From Actinomycetota bacterium (GTDB lineage: Bacteria; Actinomycetota; Actinomycetes; Actinomycetales; Microbacteriaceae), in contig JBEENW010000004.1 of NCBI GenBank assembly GCA_041191965.1, positions 39,334 through 103,333 on the forward strand: a DNA stretch of 64,000 nt, written 5' to 3'. Each line of letters begins with the position of its first letter. The first letter of the stretch is position 1. The notes under the pieces are model-generated. The model saw only the letters and a list, made by a program, of their open reading frames with translations. It was not told the origin of the DNA and ran no database searches. Below, piece by piece: positions 40,457 through 49,255 of this stretch. Both the position numbers and the translations under genes were made by a program.

Positions 40457-41425
40457 CTATTCCTTGCCTAGAACGTCTACTACGAATACCAGGGTTGATC
40501 CTGCCGGAATTGCTCCCTGTGCATTGTCACCATAGCCGAGCTCCGGTGGAATCACGGCGACCACCTGTGAGCCAACTTTGACACCCTCGAGCGCCTGGAC
40601 GAAGCCCTCAATCAAACCCTCGGAGTTCACCTGGAATGACGCAGGAGCGCCACGCTCCCAGGAGCTATCAAATTGAGTGCCATCCCAAGTCCAACCTGAG
40701 TAGTGAACCACTACGGTGTCACCAATGGCGATTTCCTCACCCTTGCCCTCAACCAAGACCGATCGCTTGAATTCGCCCGGTGCATCGGTCGCAGGAAGCT
40801 GAATACCAGGCTGTCCGGATGGAGCGAGAATAACGGCGGGTAGGCCAGCCTCTGGGGCCTTGGCGTCACCGTTTGCCTTCGGAAGATAGGCGTCAACTAC
40901 GTCGAAAACGAACAAGATCGCGTCCTCGGCTCCGATGCCCAAGGACTCAACTCCAGCACCATCGTGGGCATTGGTTGCATCAAGCAGCACTCCGACCCTC
41001 GAGCCAACCTTGACGCCAGTGAGTGCCTTGCAGAAATCAGGTTTTGAGTCGGCAATTAGGTCTTGAATGATGTAGTCCTCGGTGCCAAACTCGCTGCCCT
41101 GGAACTGCTCACCGGTTGAAGCATTGAATCCGGTGAAGTGAAGCGCAACGCGCTGTGAACCAACTAGGGCTCCTCCCTCACCCTCAATGAAAACCTTGGT
41201 CTCAATGCCCGACCCGACCAGCGGGGTTGGGAAATCGATAGTTGGCTCGGTTCCGAACTCGCCCTCGACACTTACCTGCTCGATGGCGTCTCCCCCGGAG
41301 AACGCCTCGCAGCTCGCCTCCATGCCTTGGCTCAGCAAGGCGTAGCCGGTGAGCGGAGCGGACTCAGTCGCTGCACAGCCTGATAGGAGAAGTGCTGGGA
41401 CTAGCAGCGCGACCAATTTCTTCAT
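40457..41425 (-). CDS. FKBP-type peptidyl-prolyl isomerase lipoprotein (two FKBP domains)
   Basis: Lipobox LLLSGC. Two FKBP-like repeats ending in GYG..IP..STLVFVVD-type motifs. Confidence 0.85.
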   Translation of the reverse strand: MKKLVALLVPALLLSGCAATESAPLTGYALLSQGMEASCEAFSGGDAIEQVSVEGEFGTEPTIDFPTPLVGSGIETKVFIEGEGGALVGSQRVALHFTGFNASTGEQFQGSEFGTEDYIIQDLIADSKPDFCKALTGVKVGSRVGVLLDATNAHDGAGVESLGIGAEDAILFVFDVVDAYLPKANGDAKAPEAGLPAVILAPSGQPGIQLPATDAPGEFKRSVLVEGKGEEIAIGDTVVVHYSGWTWDGTQFDSSWERGAPASFQVNSEGLIEGFVQALEGVKVGSQVVAVIPPELGYGDNAQGAIPAGSTLVFVVDVLGKE

Positions 41426-41443
41426 TTAGCTTCTTTCGTTTCT

Positions 41444-42406
41444 CTAATTCTCTCGCTCGTCAAACTCTTGAGTGACCTTGCGAACGGTTTTTCTAAGCTT
41501 TTTCTCACTGATAGGCCGTTGCCCAATGGCTCCAGGCAGCCAGATGTCCATGTCCTCCTGGGAGAAGTCAGACTTTGAGGCACGGCGCTGTTTGAATTCT
41601 GGCAGCACTGCACCGGGTGCCAATCTTCTGGCGGTGAGTAGGAACCCGGTATGAGCAATCATTCGGTGGTCAGGTCTGACCGCCAGACCCTCAACATGCC
41701 AGCCGCGGACCATTGACTCCCAGGCATTCGGGGTGGTGAAACCACCGTGATCCTTGATTGCCTCAACCGTTCGAGAGAGCTGGGTAACGGTTGCAACATA
41801 AACAATCACGAGACCACCAGGTCGCAGGGCGTTTGCCACAGCCTCAACACAATCCCAAGGGGCCAGCATGTCTAGGACAGCACGATCGACACTGGCATCC
41901 TCAACAGCGCCTGGAAGCGCTGACTGCAGCTCCCCTAGAACAACGCTCCAGTTCTCTGGTCGGTAGCCGAGCTGGTTTGCCACGTTTGCTTGGGCGATCT
42001 GAGCAAACTCGTCACGCTTTTCAAAAGAAATCAGCTTCCCCTGTGGTCCGATTGCTCGAATCAGGTAGGACGAAAGTGCCCCGGATCCAACACCCGCCTC
42101 GATCACGGTTGCCCCAGGGTAGATGTCGCCCTCAACCACGATCTGGCCCGCGTCCTTGGGATAAACAATTGCGGCACCGCGCGGCATGGATAGCACGTAA
42201 TCGGTAAGCAATGGTTTCAGTGCCAGGTACTCAATCCCGTTTTGGTTAGCGATGATGCTGCCCTCTGGCTGACCGATGACGTCATCGTGCATCAGGTCAC
42301 CCTTGTGGGTGCCAAACCTGCCACCGGGGACGAGCGTGACCGTGTTTAGTCTTCCCTTGGGGCCGGTGAGTTGAACCTTATCCCCCGGTTTAAAGATGTG
42401 ATTCAT
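41444..42406 (-). CDS. trmI: tRNA (adenine58-N1)-methyltransferase
   Basis: GCD14/TrmI N-terminal beta domain and SAM-binding IEAGVGSGALS. Confidence 0.88.
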   Translation of the reverse strand: MNHIFKPGDKVQLTGPKGRLNTVTLVPGGRFGTHKGDLMHDDVIGQPEGSIIANQNGIEYLALKPLLTDYVLSMPRGAAIVYPKDAGQIVVEGDIYPGATVIEAGVGSGALSSYLIRAIGPQGKLISFEKRDEFAQIAQANVANQLGYRPENWSVVLGELQSALPGAVEDASVDRAVLDMLAPWDCVEAVANALRPGGLVIVYVATVTQLSRTVEAIKDHGGFTTPNAWESMVRGWHVEGLAVRPDHRMIAHTGFLLTARRLAPGAVLPEFKQRRASKSDFSQEDMDIWLPGAIGQRPISEKKLRKTVRKVTQEFDEREN

Positions 42407-43062
42407 CGTGCCAGCCCCCTTAAGGTTTCGAGATCCAGCTCGGTGAGGGAGTCAAAAAGAATGCGTCCCGGGGCCTGAGGGATTGGAACAATGTTTGGAA
42501 TTCCTACCGCGACACAGCCCGCTGCTTCGGCGCTCGCCAACCCGGTCCTGGAGTCCTCAAAAGCGATGCAGTGTTTCGGATCAACCCCGAGCAACTCAGC
42601 AGCCTTGAGATATGGCTCTGGATCTGGTTTTCCTCGCATCACATCGTCACCTGCGACGACTACATCAAAAGCTTGAAATGGAATCTGATCGGCAACGGCA
42701 AAGGCCATGCGACGCATAGACATGGTGACAAGGGCAGTCGGGATGCCTGCCTGCTTGATAGCCATCAGAAGCTCCAGCGCTCCAGGTCGCCAAGGCAGCT
42801 GACTCTTGAGGTGAGACACCACATCATCGGTTAGTCGATCAATCACTTCTTGAATCGATAGGTCCTTGATGGAGAGCCGCTCCTTGATGATTGCCGAAGA
42901 GTCATAGAGCGACTTTCCGATTAGCTCATGACCATGAGCCTCAGTCCAGACAGTTCCATAATCAGCGGCCAGGCGTGACTCGCTCAGAAGCCAGAATGGC
43001 TCGCTGTCTATAAGGGTGCCGTCCATGTCCCATAAGACGGCGGCTGGAAAGCTGTTTGGCAT
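42403..43062 (-). CDS. HAD-superfamily hydrolase
   Basis: DxD motif VLWDMDGTLIDSE and a later FEDS motif. Confidence 0.8.
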   Translation of the reverse strand: MPNSFPAAVLWDMDGTLIDSEPFWLLSESRLAADYGTVWTEAHGHELIGKSLYDSSAIIKERLSIKDLSIQEVIDRLTDDVVSHLKSQLPWRPGALELLMAIKQAGIPTALVTMSMRRMAFAVADQIPFQAFDVVVAGDDVMRGKPDPEPYLKAAELLGVDPKHCIAFEDSRTGLASAEAAGCVAVGIPNIVPIPQAPGRILFDSLTELDLETLRGLAR

Positions 43063-43109
43063 CCTGAGAAGTCTAGTTACTAAGTGCTTTAGAGTTTGTA
43101 GGTAAAGAA

Positions 43110-43973
43110 GTGGAGAGCATGCTAACCGGACGAATCTTGCTGGTCGCCTTTGAGGGCTGGAACGATGCCACCGAGGCGGCTTCAGGTGCCCTCAAGGCCA
43201 TAGCTGAGCAAATTGGGGCGCAAACTCTAGAGGCTGTAGATCCCGAGGACTACTTCGATTTTCAGTTCTCGCGCCCAATCATTGAATTTGATTCCGACGG
43301 TAACCGAGTGCTGTCCTGGCCCGGGTGTGAACTGCTGCAGGCTAGCCCAGAACAAATTGCCGAGCGTCCTGAGCTTGACCGCCTTTACCTACTTTTGGGG
43401 ACCGAGCCATCTCGTCGCTGGTTGAGTTTTGCGGCTGAGATCTTGGAGATGGTGCAGGACCGTGAGATTGATGCGGTGGTAATGCTTGGAGCGATGCTCG
43501 CCGATGTTCCTCACACGCGTCCGATGCAGGTATTCAAATCTTCGATGAATCAGCAACTCATGGAGCGCTACGCGATCGAACCTTCGACCTACCAGGGGCC
43601 AGTCGGCATCTTGACCGTTCTGGGTCAGGCCTTTGAAGCCGAGGGCATCCCGGTTCTCTCGCTTTGGGGTTCGGTTCCGCACTATGTTCACAACACCACC
43701 AACCCGAAGGCTGCCATCGGCTTCCTCAGTGAAATTCTTGAGCTAACCGGATTCAGTTTCGATAGCTCAGCACTAGCCGAGCAGGCTTTTGAGTGGGAGC
43801 GCGGCGTGGATGACATGACAGCAGCTGACGAGGAGATGCTCTCCTATGTTTCGCAGCTTGAAAAGGCGCGCGATGCTTGGGATTCGGAACAGGTTTCAGG
43901 TGAGGCGCTAGCTCGAGAGTTCGAGCGCTACCTAAACGATCGACCTGATTCTCAGGATCGCCCTAAGCCCTAA
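43110..43973 (+). CDS. PAC2 (proteasome assembly chaperone 2-like) family protein
   Basis: N-terminal LLVAFEGWNDATEAAS is typical of actinobacterial PAC2-family proteins. The start is either GTG 43110 or ATG 43119. Confidence 0.75.
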   Translation: MESMLTGRILLVAFEGWNDATEAASGALKAIAEQIGAQTLEAVDPEDYFDFQFSRPIIEFDSDGNRVLSWPGCELLQASPEQIAERPELDRLYLLLGTEPSRRWLSFAAEILEMVQDREIDAVVMLGAMLADVPHTRPMQVFKSSMNQQLMERYAIEPSTYQGPVGILTVLGQAFEAEGIPVLSLWGSVPHYVHNTTNPKAAIGFLSEILELTGFSFDSSALAEQAFEWERGVDDMTAADEEMLSYVSQLEKARDAWDSEQVSGEALAREFERYLNDRPDSQDRPKP

Positions 43974-44797
43974 ATCGCACCCACTGCTAAACCGATTAGA
44001 AGTAGCGAACCAACAGTCACTCGCCAGATCACGAATGGCAGAAAGGATCCTCGTTCTAGGTATTTCAACAGCCAGGCAATGACCAGGTAGCCAACTACCC
44101 CACTCACCAGCGTTGCCACTGCGGTGCCGAAGATCAAATCACTCGGTAGGTCCTGATAGCTCTTTAGGAACTGATAGGCCCCTGAGGCCAGGACGGCAGG
44201 TATCGCAAGTAGGAAGCTATATTTAGCGGCCGCTGCCCGTGTAAATCCCATTAGGCGGCCAACGGTAATTGTCCCGCCGGAGCGTGAAACTCCCGGAATC
44301 AATGCCAGTGCTTGACCCAAGCCGAAAATCAGACCGGACTTTATATTTAGGTCGGAAATCTGCTTGGTCTTTGAACCGAAGTGATCGGCAACCCCAAGCC
44401 CAACTCCGAAAACAATCAGAGCGACACCGATTACCCAGAGTTCTCTCACATCAGATTCAACCTGATCCTGAAACGTCAAACCCAACACCACGACCGGTAG
44501 TGACCCCAAAATCACAAGCCAGCCCAACTTAGATTCCTGCGGTTGCTTAGCAAATGGCCGTAGGGCATTTCTAAACCAGCAGGAGAGGATCTCCCAAATT
44601 GTCTTGGCGAAGTAAATGAGCACCGCTACCTCGGTACCGATTTGGATGGTTGCAATGAATGCCGTTAGCTGAGGCTTACTGAGGTTGGAAATACCCATCA
44701 GCTCTTGAGCAATCTGCACGTGAGCGGATGAGGAGATTGGTAAAAACTCTGTGAGTCCTTGGATCAGTCCAAGAACTAGTGCTTCAAATAGATTCAT
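43970..44797 (-). CDS. uppP: undecaprenyl-diphosphate phosphatase
   Basis: LTEFLPISSSAH and PGVSRSGGTI motifs. Confidence 0.93.
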   Translation of the reverse strand: MNLFEALVLGLIQGLTEFLPISSSAHVQIAQELMGISNLSKPQLTAFIATIQIGTEVAVLIYFAKTIWEILSCWFRNALRPFAKQPQESKLGWLVILGSLPVVVLGLTFQDQVESDVRELWVIGVALIVFGVGLGVADHFGSKTKQISDLNIKSGLIFGLGQALALIPGVSRSGGTITVGRLMGFTRAAAAKYSFLLAIPAVLASGAYQFLKSYQDLPSDLIFGTAVATLVSGVVGYLVIAWLLKYLERGSFLPFVIWRVTVGSLLLIGLAVGAI

Positions 44798-45000
44798 TCA
44801 TCCTCGGCCAGGGCGATTGGCAAATATTCATCGTGTGCCGCAGCCAGAGCCTCTTCGTAGCTAAGAAATGCATCCTCGACCATTTCATAGGCGCGTTCGA
44901 GGTTCTCATCAACACCAGAGCGCTTCTGTCGGCAGGCATCGAGGTGAAACTCTAGGGCTGCGACTAGTTTCTGCAGGGCCAGCTCTGGATCAGTGTTCAT
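44794..45000 (-). CDS. small acidic helical protein, function unknown
   Basis: A 68-aa ORF with an ATGA overlap to uppP. A candidate leaderless promoter lies directly upstream. Confidence 0.5.
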   Translation of the reverse strand: MNTDPELALQKLVAALEFHLDACRQKRSGVDENLERAYEMVEDAFLSYEEALAAAHDEYLPIALAEDE

Positions 45001-45006
45001 GGCTTT

Positions 45007-45012
45007 AGGCTA
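45007..45012 (-). promoter_or_regulatory. candidate -10 hexamer TAGCCT (small ORF-uppP operon)
   Basis: The complement reads TAGCCT at -12..-7 of the ATG at 45000, and there is no SD. Confidence 0.45.
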
Positions 45013-45105
45013 CTCAACTATCATCGTCAGACCAAGAACCTCGGGTGGTTTTGAAGCTTGGGTTCGTGATAGATTGTCACGGCTCAGTTGATTTGAGCAT
45101 CACCG

Positions 45106-45191
45106 GTCCGGGTGGCGGAATGGCAGACGCGCTAGCTTGAGGTGCTAGTCTCCGTTAGGAGGTAGGGGTTCAAGTCCCCTTTCGGACACCA
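45106..45191 (+). tRNA. tRNA-Leu (anticodon GAG), CCA encoded
   Basis: Acceptor GTCCGGG / TTCGGAC. The anticodon loop TTGAGGT has GAG at 45139-45141. It has a long variable arm and the T-arm AGGGG-TTCAAGT-CCCCT. Confidence 0.93.
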
Positions 45192-45200
45192 AGTGTTGAT

Positions 45201-45206
45201 TACACT
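45201..45206 (+). promoter_or_regulatory. candidate -10 hexamer TACACT for a leaderless sirtuin transcript
   Basis: TAnnnT lies at -12..-7 of the ATG at 45213, with no SD. It begins 10 nt after the tRNA-Leu 3' end. Confidence 0.45.
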
Positions 45207-45212
45207 TCTCTA

Positions 45213-46043
45213 ATGCCCCAAAACTTCCCCTCTGCGCTTGCGTTTGGGCTTGATCGCGCTCGTGAGTTGATCTCGGCAAAAGACACCCTGCTGCTTACCG
45301 GGGCTGGTATCTCTACAGACAGTGGCATCCCGGACTACAGAGGTGCCGGGCGAGTGCAAAAACACCCCCTCACTTTTGACCAGTTCATGGGCTCCCCCAG
45401 GCATCAAGCACGCTACTGGGCTAGAAGTTATGTCGGTTGGAATCGAATTGTTTCAGCTGAACCCAACCGGGGCCATCTGGCCATAGCCCAAGCAGAACAA
45501 GTCGGCCAAATTTTTCAAATAATTACCCAAAATGTCGATGGGTTGCACCAAAAGGCCGGCGCTACGAAAGTTCTGGAGCTGCACGGCAGGCTAGACACCG
45601 TAGTTTGCACCCAGTGCGGCGAGCTGGTGAAGCGTTCGGAACTTGACCTGCGAATCGCACAGCTAAATCCAAATTTTGTGCAGGATCCAAACGCCGAAGC
45701 TTCCCCCGATGGTGATGCTGAGATTGAGGTCGACGAGAGTTTCCAGGTTCCCAGCTGTGGTGTCTGTGGCGGAAGCTACAAGCCCGATGTGGTCTTCTTT
45801 GGTGAGCAGATCCCAAAGCAGCGTGTTGCCCAGGCTGCAGCGGCTGTTGAGGCTGCGGAAGCTCTGGTGGTGGCCGGAAGCTCGCTTAGTGTCAACTCCG
45901 GATTGCGTCTTGTGAAAAGAGCCAAGGAGCTGGGGCTACCGCTTGTAATTGTCAATCTCGGTGAAACCAAGGCGGACTCGCTTGCGGATGTCCGCCTCAA
46001 TGTTTCAACCTCACTAGCCCTACCGGAGTTATTCAATGTCTAG
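45213..46043 (+). CDS. NAD-dependent protein deacylase (sirtuin, Sir2 family)
   Basis: GAGISTDSGIPDYRG, QNVDGLH and the catalytic ELHG. The zinc ribbon is CTQCG...CGVCGG. Confidence 0.9.
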   Translation: MPQNFPSALAFGLDRARELISAKDTLLLTGAGISTDSGIPDYRGAGRVQKHPLTFDQFMGSPRHQARYWARSYVGWNRIVSAEPNRGHLAIAQAEQVGQIFQIITQNVDGLHQKAGATKVLELHGRLDTVVCTQCGELVKRSELDLRIAQLNPNFVQDPNAEASPDGDAEIEVDESFQVPSCGVCGGSYKPDVVFFGEQIPKQRVAQAAAAVEAAEALVVAGSSLSVNSGLRLVKRAKELGLPLVIVNLGETKADSLADVRLNVSTSLALPELFNV

Positions 46044-46623
46044 AACCGAACTTGGGCTACTGCGCCATGGTCAAACTGATTGGAATATCAATCTGAGGCT
46101 TCAGGGCACGGCAGATATTCCTATGAATGAGGTTGGTATCGCGCAGATTCAATCTGCGGCAACTGAGTTAGCCAAAGGCAGCTGGGATCTCATTCTCTCC
46201 TCCCCGCTCGGAAGAGCGAGGCACTCGGCCGAGATTGTTGCAACTGAGTTGGGTATTTCGGATATTGAGATTGAACCCTTGTTGCTAGAGCGCAGCTTTG
46301 GAATTGGTGAAGGCCTTGAATACTCCCAATGGCACGAGCAGTTTGGTGGCTTGGATGAAATCCCTGGTGCCGAATCCGCATCCCAGGTAATTGCAAGGGC
46401 AAACCGCTTACTTTCCCACGTAGTAGAGAACTTTGCGGGGAAAAGAGTCCTGGCAGTCTCGCACGGAGCCTTGATCAGATTCGTACTTTCCGAGGTCAGC
46501 GCAGGGGCAATCCCACCAAAGGGTGAGCGGTTGCAAAATGCCTCGCTGCACCTTCTCCGGCACGAAGGTGAATGGGAACTAGAAGCCTGGGCTCCTCACC
46601 CGCTGGGCTCAGAGGCTCTTTAG
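46036..46623 (+). CDS. histidine phosphatase (phosphoglycerate mutase-like) family protein
   Basis: RHG motif LLRHGQTDWN and a later SHG. It overlaps the sirtuin gene by 8 nt. Confidence 0.85.
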   Translation: MSRTELGLLRHGQTDWNINLRLQGTADIPMNEVGIAQIQSAATELAKGSWDLILSSPLGRARHSAEIVATELGISDIEIEPLLLERSFGIGEGLEYSQWHEQFGGLDEIPGAESASQVIARANRLLSHVVENFAGKRVLAVSHGALIRFVLSEVSAGAIPPKGERLQNASLHLLRHEGEWELEAWAPHPLGSEAL

Positions 46624-47658
46624 AAGCACGAGAAGCTTCTGGGCTGAGACTCGCCAAGAGTAGCCCGCCGCTTGTCTTGCCCCAGCCAGAGAAGTCGCTC
46701 GATAGCGGGCAGGGTCTTCAAGCTTTCGAATAGCCCTGACAAAGTCACTTGGATCATTTGGATCAAAGTAGATTGCCCCATCGCCTGCAACCTCTCGGAA
46801 AATCTCGAGGTTTGAAAGCACTGCCGGGGTGCCCTGACTAATTGATTCCAGGGCTGGAATTCCAAATCCCTCATCCCGGCTCGCACTCACCAGCGCAAAC
46901 CCCTCGGCTAGATAGCTCGCGTAGTCCTCGTCGCTCACTCCCCCGATAAAGTGCACCCGCGCGCCCTTCGGCACCATAGCTTGCAGTTCAGACTTCCGAT
47001 CCGCTGAGATTTTCGAAAGAAGAGCCAGCTCATAATCGGGGAGGTCTACCATTGCGCTGATTAGAGTCTCGACGTTTTTGTAGCCAATGAAGCTACCCAT
47101 ATAAATCAGCTGCTTGTTCTTTGGCGCTGGTTCAAGAACCGGCAGATCGCTGGCGTTTGGAATAACCCAAATCGGACTCTTGGTGAGCTTGGCATCCAGA
47201 ATCTGCTTTCGGGATGTATTGGAAACCGTCACCACTGCATCTGCAGCTGTCAGCACCAGTCGCTGCGGCAGGAAACTCTGATGATATAGCCACCAGAGCC
47301 CACGGATTAACGGGTTGAACTGCGCTGGTGGAGTCTTGAAGCGGTAATAGATCAGGTCGTGGATAGTCAGGACCAACTTGTATTTTTTGAAAATCCCAGA
47401 TGTGGTTTGCATCGGCGAAAACACCACGTCTGCGCCGGCGCGATTTAGAAGTAGCGATGTGAAAGGTTCAAGGAGTGAGGTCGGTGCCCTCCCCTGCAAG
47501 AACTCAACCCCCGGTCCAATTTGCGCTCGCTGATAGTCCGCGTTCACTAAAACGGTCAGTGCAACAAGGTCCTTCAATTCGTGAATCAGTCCGAGTGAAA
47601 ACTTGGAAATGCCGTCCGGGTGCTCTTGGATGAAGCGCCCATCGAATATCAGCTTCAC
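46609..47658 (-). CDS. GT4-family glycosyltransferase
   Basis: GT-B fold pattern with the C-terminal EGFGIPALES motif. I place the start at the GTG at 47658, which forms a GTGA overlap with the upstream hydrolase gene. Confidence 0.8.
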   Translation of the reverse strand: MKLIFDGRFIQEHPDGISKFSLGLIHELKDLVALTVLVNADYQRAQIGPGVEFLQGRAPTSLLEPFTSLLLNRAGADVVFSPMQTTSGIFKKYKLVLTIHDLIYYRFKTPPAQFNPLIRGLWWLYHQSFLPQRLVLTAADAVVTVSNTSRKQILDAKLTKSPIWVIPNASDLPVLEPAPKNKQLIYMGSFIGYKNVETLISAMVDLPDYELALLSKISADRKSELQAMVPKGARVHFIGGVSDEDYASYLAEGFALVSASRDEGFGIPALESISQGTPAVLSNLEIFREVAGDGAIYFDPNDPSDFVRAIRKLEDPARYRATSLAGARQAAGYSWRVSAQKLLVLLKSL

Positions 47659-48503
47659 GAGATATCCCTCACAAAATCCCGAACGATGATCCCCACCTCG
47701 AGTGGAGTCTCGTAGTGGGTGAGGTGTCCGCAATCCAAGGTTCTAAGCTCCGCCTGAGTCCTGGCCTGCAGCTCAAGCTGCCCTGGAAGCGGAGCAATCA
47801 TGTCCTTTGCTCCCGCAATCAGTAACAGTTGAGCTGGCCTGCTATCGACATAGTCCAACACGTTGCCAGAGCTAGCTGCCTCATACCCCTCGAGAATCAC
47901 TCGATCCTCGGTGTAGTTGGAGAAGTACCGATGGTGCTGATCGTGAATAAAGGACCGAAGCTTAAGGTCCCAGGTCGTGGCCATCGCCATCGACATTCCG
48001 CGGACAACCGGGGTGCTTCTAAGTAGAGCTGAACCTATGAGCCCTCTGGACCCCAGTTTGTAATAGAGATCCGCTACCTTACCGGCGAGTGAATCCCCTT
48101 GAGTGGTGCTAATTGGATTCAAAAGCACGGTTGGCTGTCGCATCCCGAACTCCCAGGATTTCGCGACCACCAGTGATCCGAAACTATGACCTAACACCAC
48201 AGGGTTTTCAAACTCTGCGGCAAACTTCGCGAACCACTGACCATAAGCGGCTAGATCGTGTTTCTCGGAAAAGGCACTGCTTTTGCCGTAGCCAGGGAGG
48301 TCAGGAATAACGACATGGTGATTGTCTAAGGCGCCTGCAATAGCGCTAAGGCCGTGGTGATCTCCACGAAAACCGTGGACCAAGATGATGGTTCGGCCTT
48401 CTCCTCGGTATTGCCAAGTAGCGGTGTTTAGAACATCGGAGCGCTCGGCCCTAGAAGCTGCGAGCTTGAACAACTCCGGCGCGGAAGATTTCAACACCTG
48501 CAT
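47655..48503 (-). CDS. alpha/beta hydrolase
   Basis: Nucleophile elbow GHSFGS and HGFRGD near the N-terminus. Confidence 0.8.
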   Translation of the reverse strand: MQVLKSSAPELFKLAASRAERSDVLNTATWQYRGEGRTIILVHGFRGDHHGLSAIAGALDNHHVVIPDLPGYGKSSAFSEKHDLAAYGQWFAKFAAEFENPVVLGHSFGSLVVAKSWEFGMRQPTVLLNPISTTQGDSLAGKVADLYYKLGSRGLIGSALLRSTPVVRGMSMAMATTWDLKLRSFIHDQHHRYFSNYTEDRVILEGYEAASSGNVLDYVDSRPAQLLLIAGAKDMIAPLPGQLELQARTQAELRTLDCGHLTHYETPLEVGIIVRDFVRDIS

Positions 48504-48522
48504 TGAACCAGTCTAGGTTCAA
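48503..48522. promoter_or_regulatory. inverted repeat TTGAACC-N6-GGTTCAA spanning the candidate -10 of the hydrolase-GT4 operon
   Basis: Perfect 7-bp arms. The spacer AGTCTA is the complement of the candidate -10 TAGACT. An IR of this size is expected about once by chance in the intergenic DNA of this window. Confidence 0.25.
48510..48515 (-). promoter_or_regulatory. candidate -10 hexamer TAGACT (leaderless alpha/beta hydrolase-GT4 operon)
   Basis: The complement reads TAGACT at -12..-7 of the ATG at 48503, and there is no SD. Confidence 0.45.
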
Positions 48523-48547
48523 GAGCACTCGGCCTAGTCTTTGAGGC

Positions 48548-49255
48548 GTGCTTGATTTTGATTTTGACCCGCAGGCTCCGAGCTGGGCTAAGCGTTTGGC
48601 AGCTTTTGATCTAGAGACCACCGGACTGGATTTGCGTCAGTCTAGGATCGTCACCGCCTGCGTTGTGGTGTTGGATTCAAATGGCGAGGTCGAATCGCTG
48701 AACGAGTGGCTGGTAAACCCTGGAATTGAGATCCCTGAGGCTGCCAGCGCAGTGCACGGTGTCACAACAGAGGTTGCCGTCCGAGACGGGTCTGCACCCG
48801 AAGAATCAATTTCGCAACTCCTTGGGCTGCTGGGCGCTCTGATGTCTGAGATGCCACTGATAGCTTTCAATGCCGCCTACGACTTTTCGATTCTCCACCA
48901 TGAGGCACTTCGGTATGGCCACAGCCCAATTGATCCAAAGCCCGTGGTTGACCCGCTGATCCTGGATCGCCAGCTGGTGAAGTTCAGAAAAGGTAAACGA
49001 ACGCTCGGGGCTCTAACCACCGACTACCAAGTCCCGCTAGAGAATGCTCACAACTCAACGGCAGATGCTATCGCTGCTGGTCGATTGGCGCAGCGAATGG
49101 CAAATAAGTTCCCCGAGCTCGAGATGTCAGCAGTTGAGTTGCACGAGTTGCAAATCGGCTGGGCAAAAGAACAAGCCCTAGATTTTGAAAAGTGGATGAA
49201 AACACAAAACCGCCCGGATTTCCGGGCGGAATTGGGTTGGCCAGTTCGTGACTAG
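48548..49255 (+). CDS. DEDDh 3'-5' exonuclease (DnaQ/epsilon-like)
   Basis: ExoI FDLETTGL and ExoIII HNSTADA motifs. Confidence 0.85.
   Translation: MLDFDFDPQAPSWAKRLAAFDLETTGLDLRQSRIVTACVVVLDSNGEVESLNEWLVNPGIEIPEAASAVHGVTTEVAVRDGSAPEESISQLLGLLGALMSEMPLIAFNAAYDFSILHHEALRYGHSPIDPKPVVDPLILDRQLVKFRKGKRTLGALTTDYQVPLENAHNSTADAIAAGRLAQRMANKFPELEMSAVELHELQIGWAKEQALDFEKWMKTQNRPDFRAELGWPVRD
49200..49229 (-). terminator. intrinsic terminator of rpmE2, embedded in the exonuclease coding sequence
   Basis: The minus-strand RNA reads CCGCCCGG-AAAU-CCGGGCGG followed by UUUUGUGUUU. It starts 23 nt after the rpmE2 stop. Confidence 0.75.

Noticed and set aside
45192-49255. A genomic island or defence cassette integrated at tRNA-Leu (Sir2, phosphatase, GT4, hydrolase, exonuclease).
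   Set aside because: There is no integrase or recombinase and no direct repeat of the tRNA 3' end that I could see. The Sir2 protein is a short canonical sirtuin with a zinc ribbon and catalytic His, not a defence-type SIR2 fusion. The remaining genes are ordinary housekeeping-type enzymes with native-looking composition.
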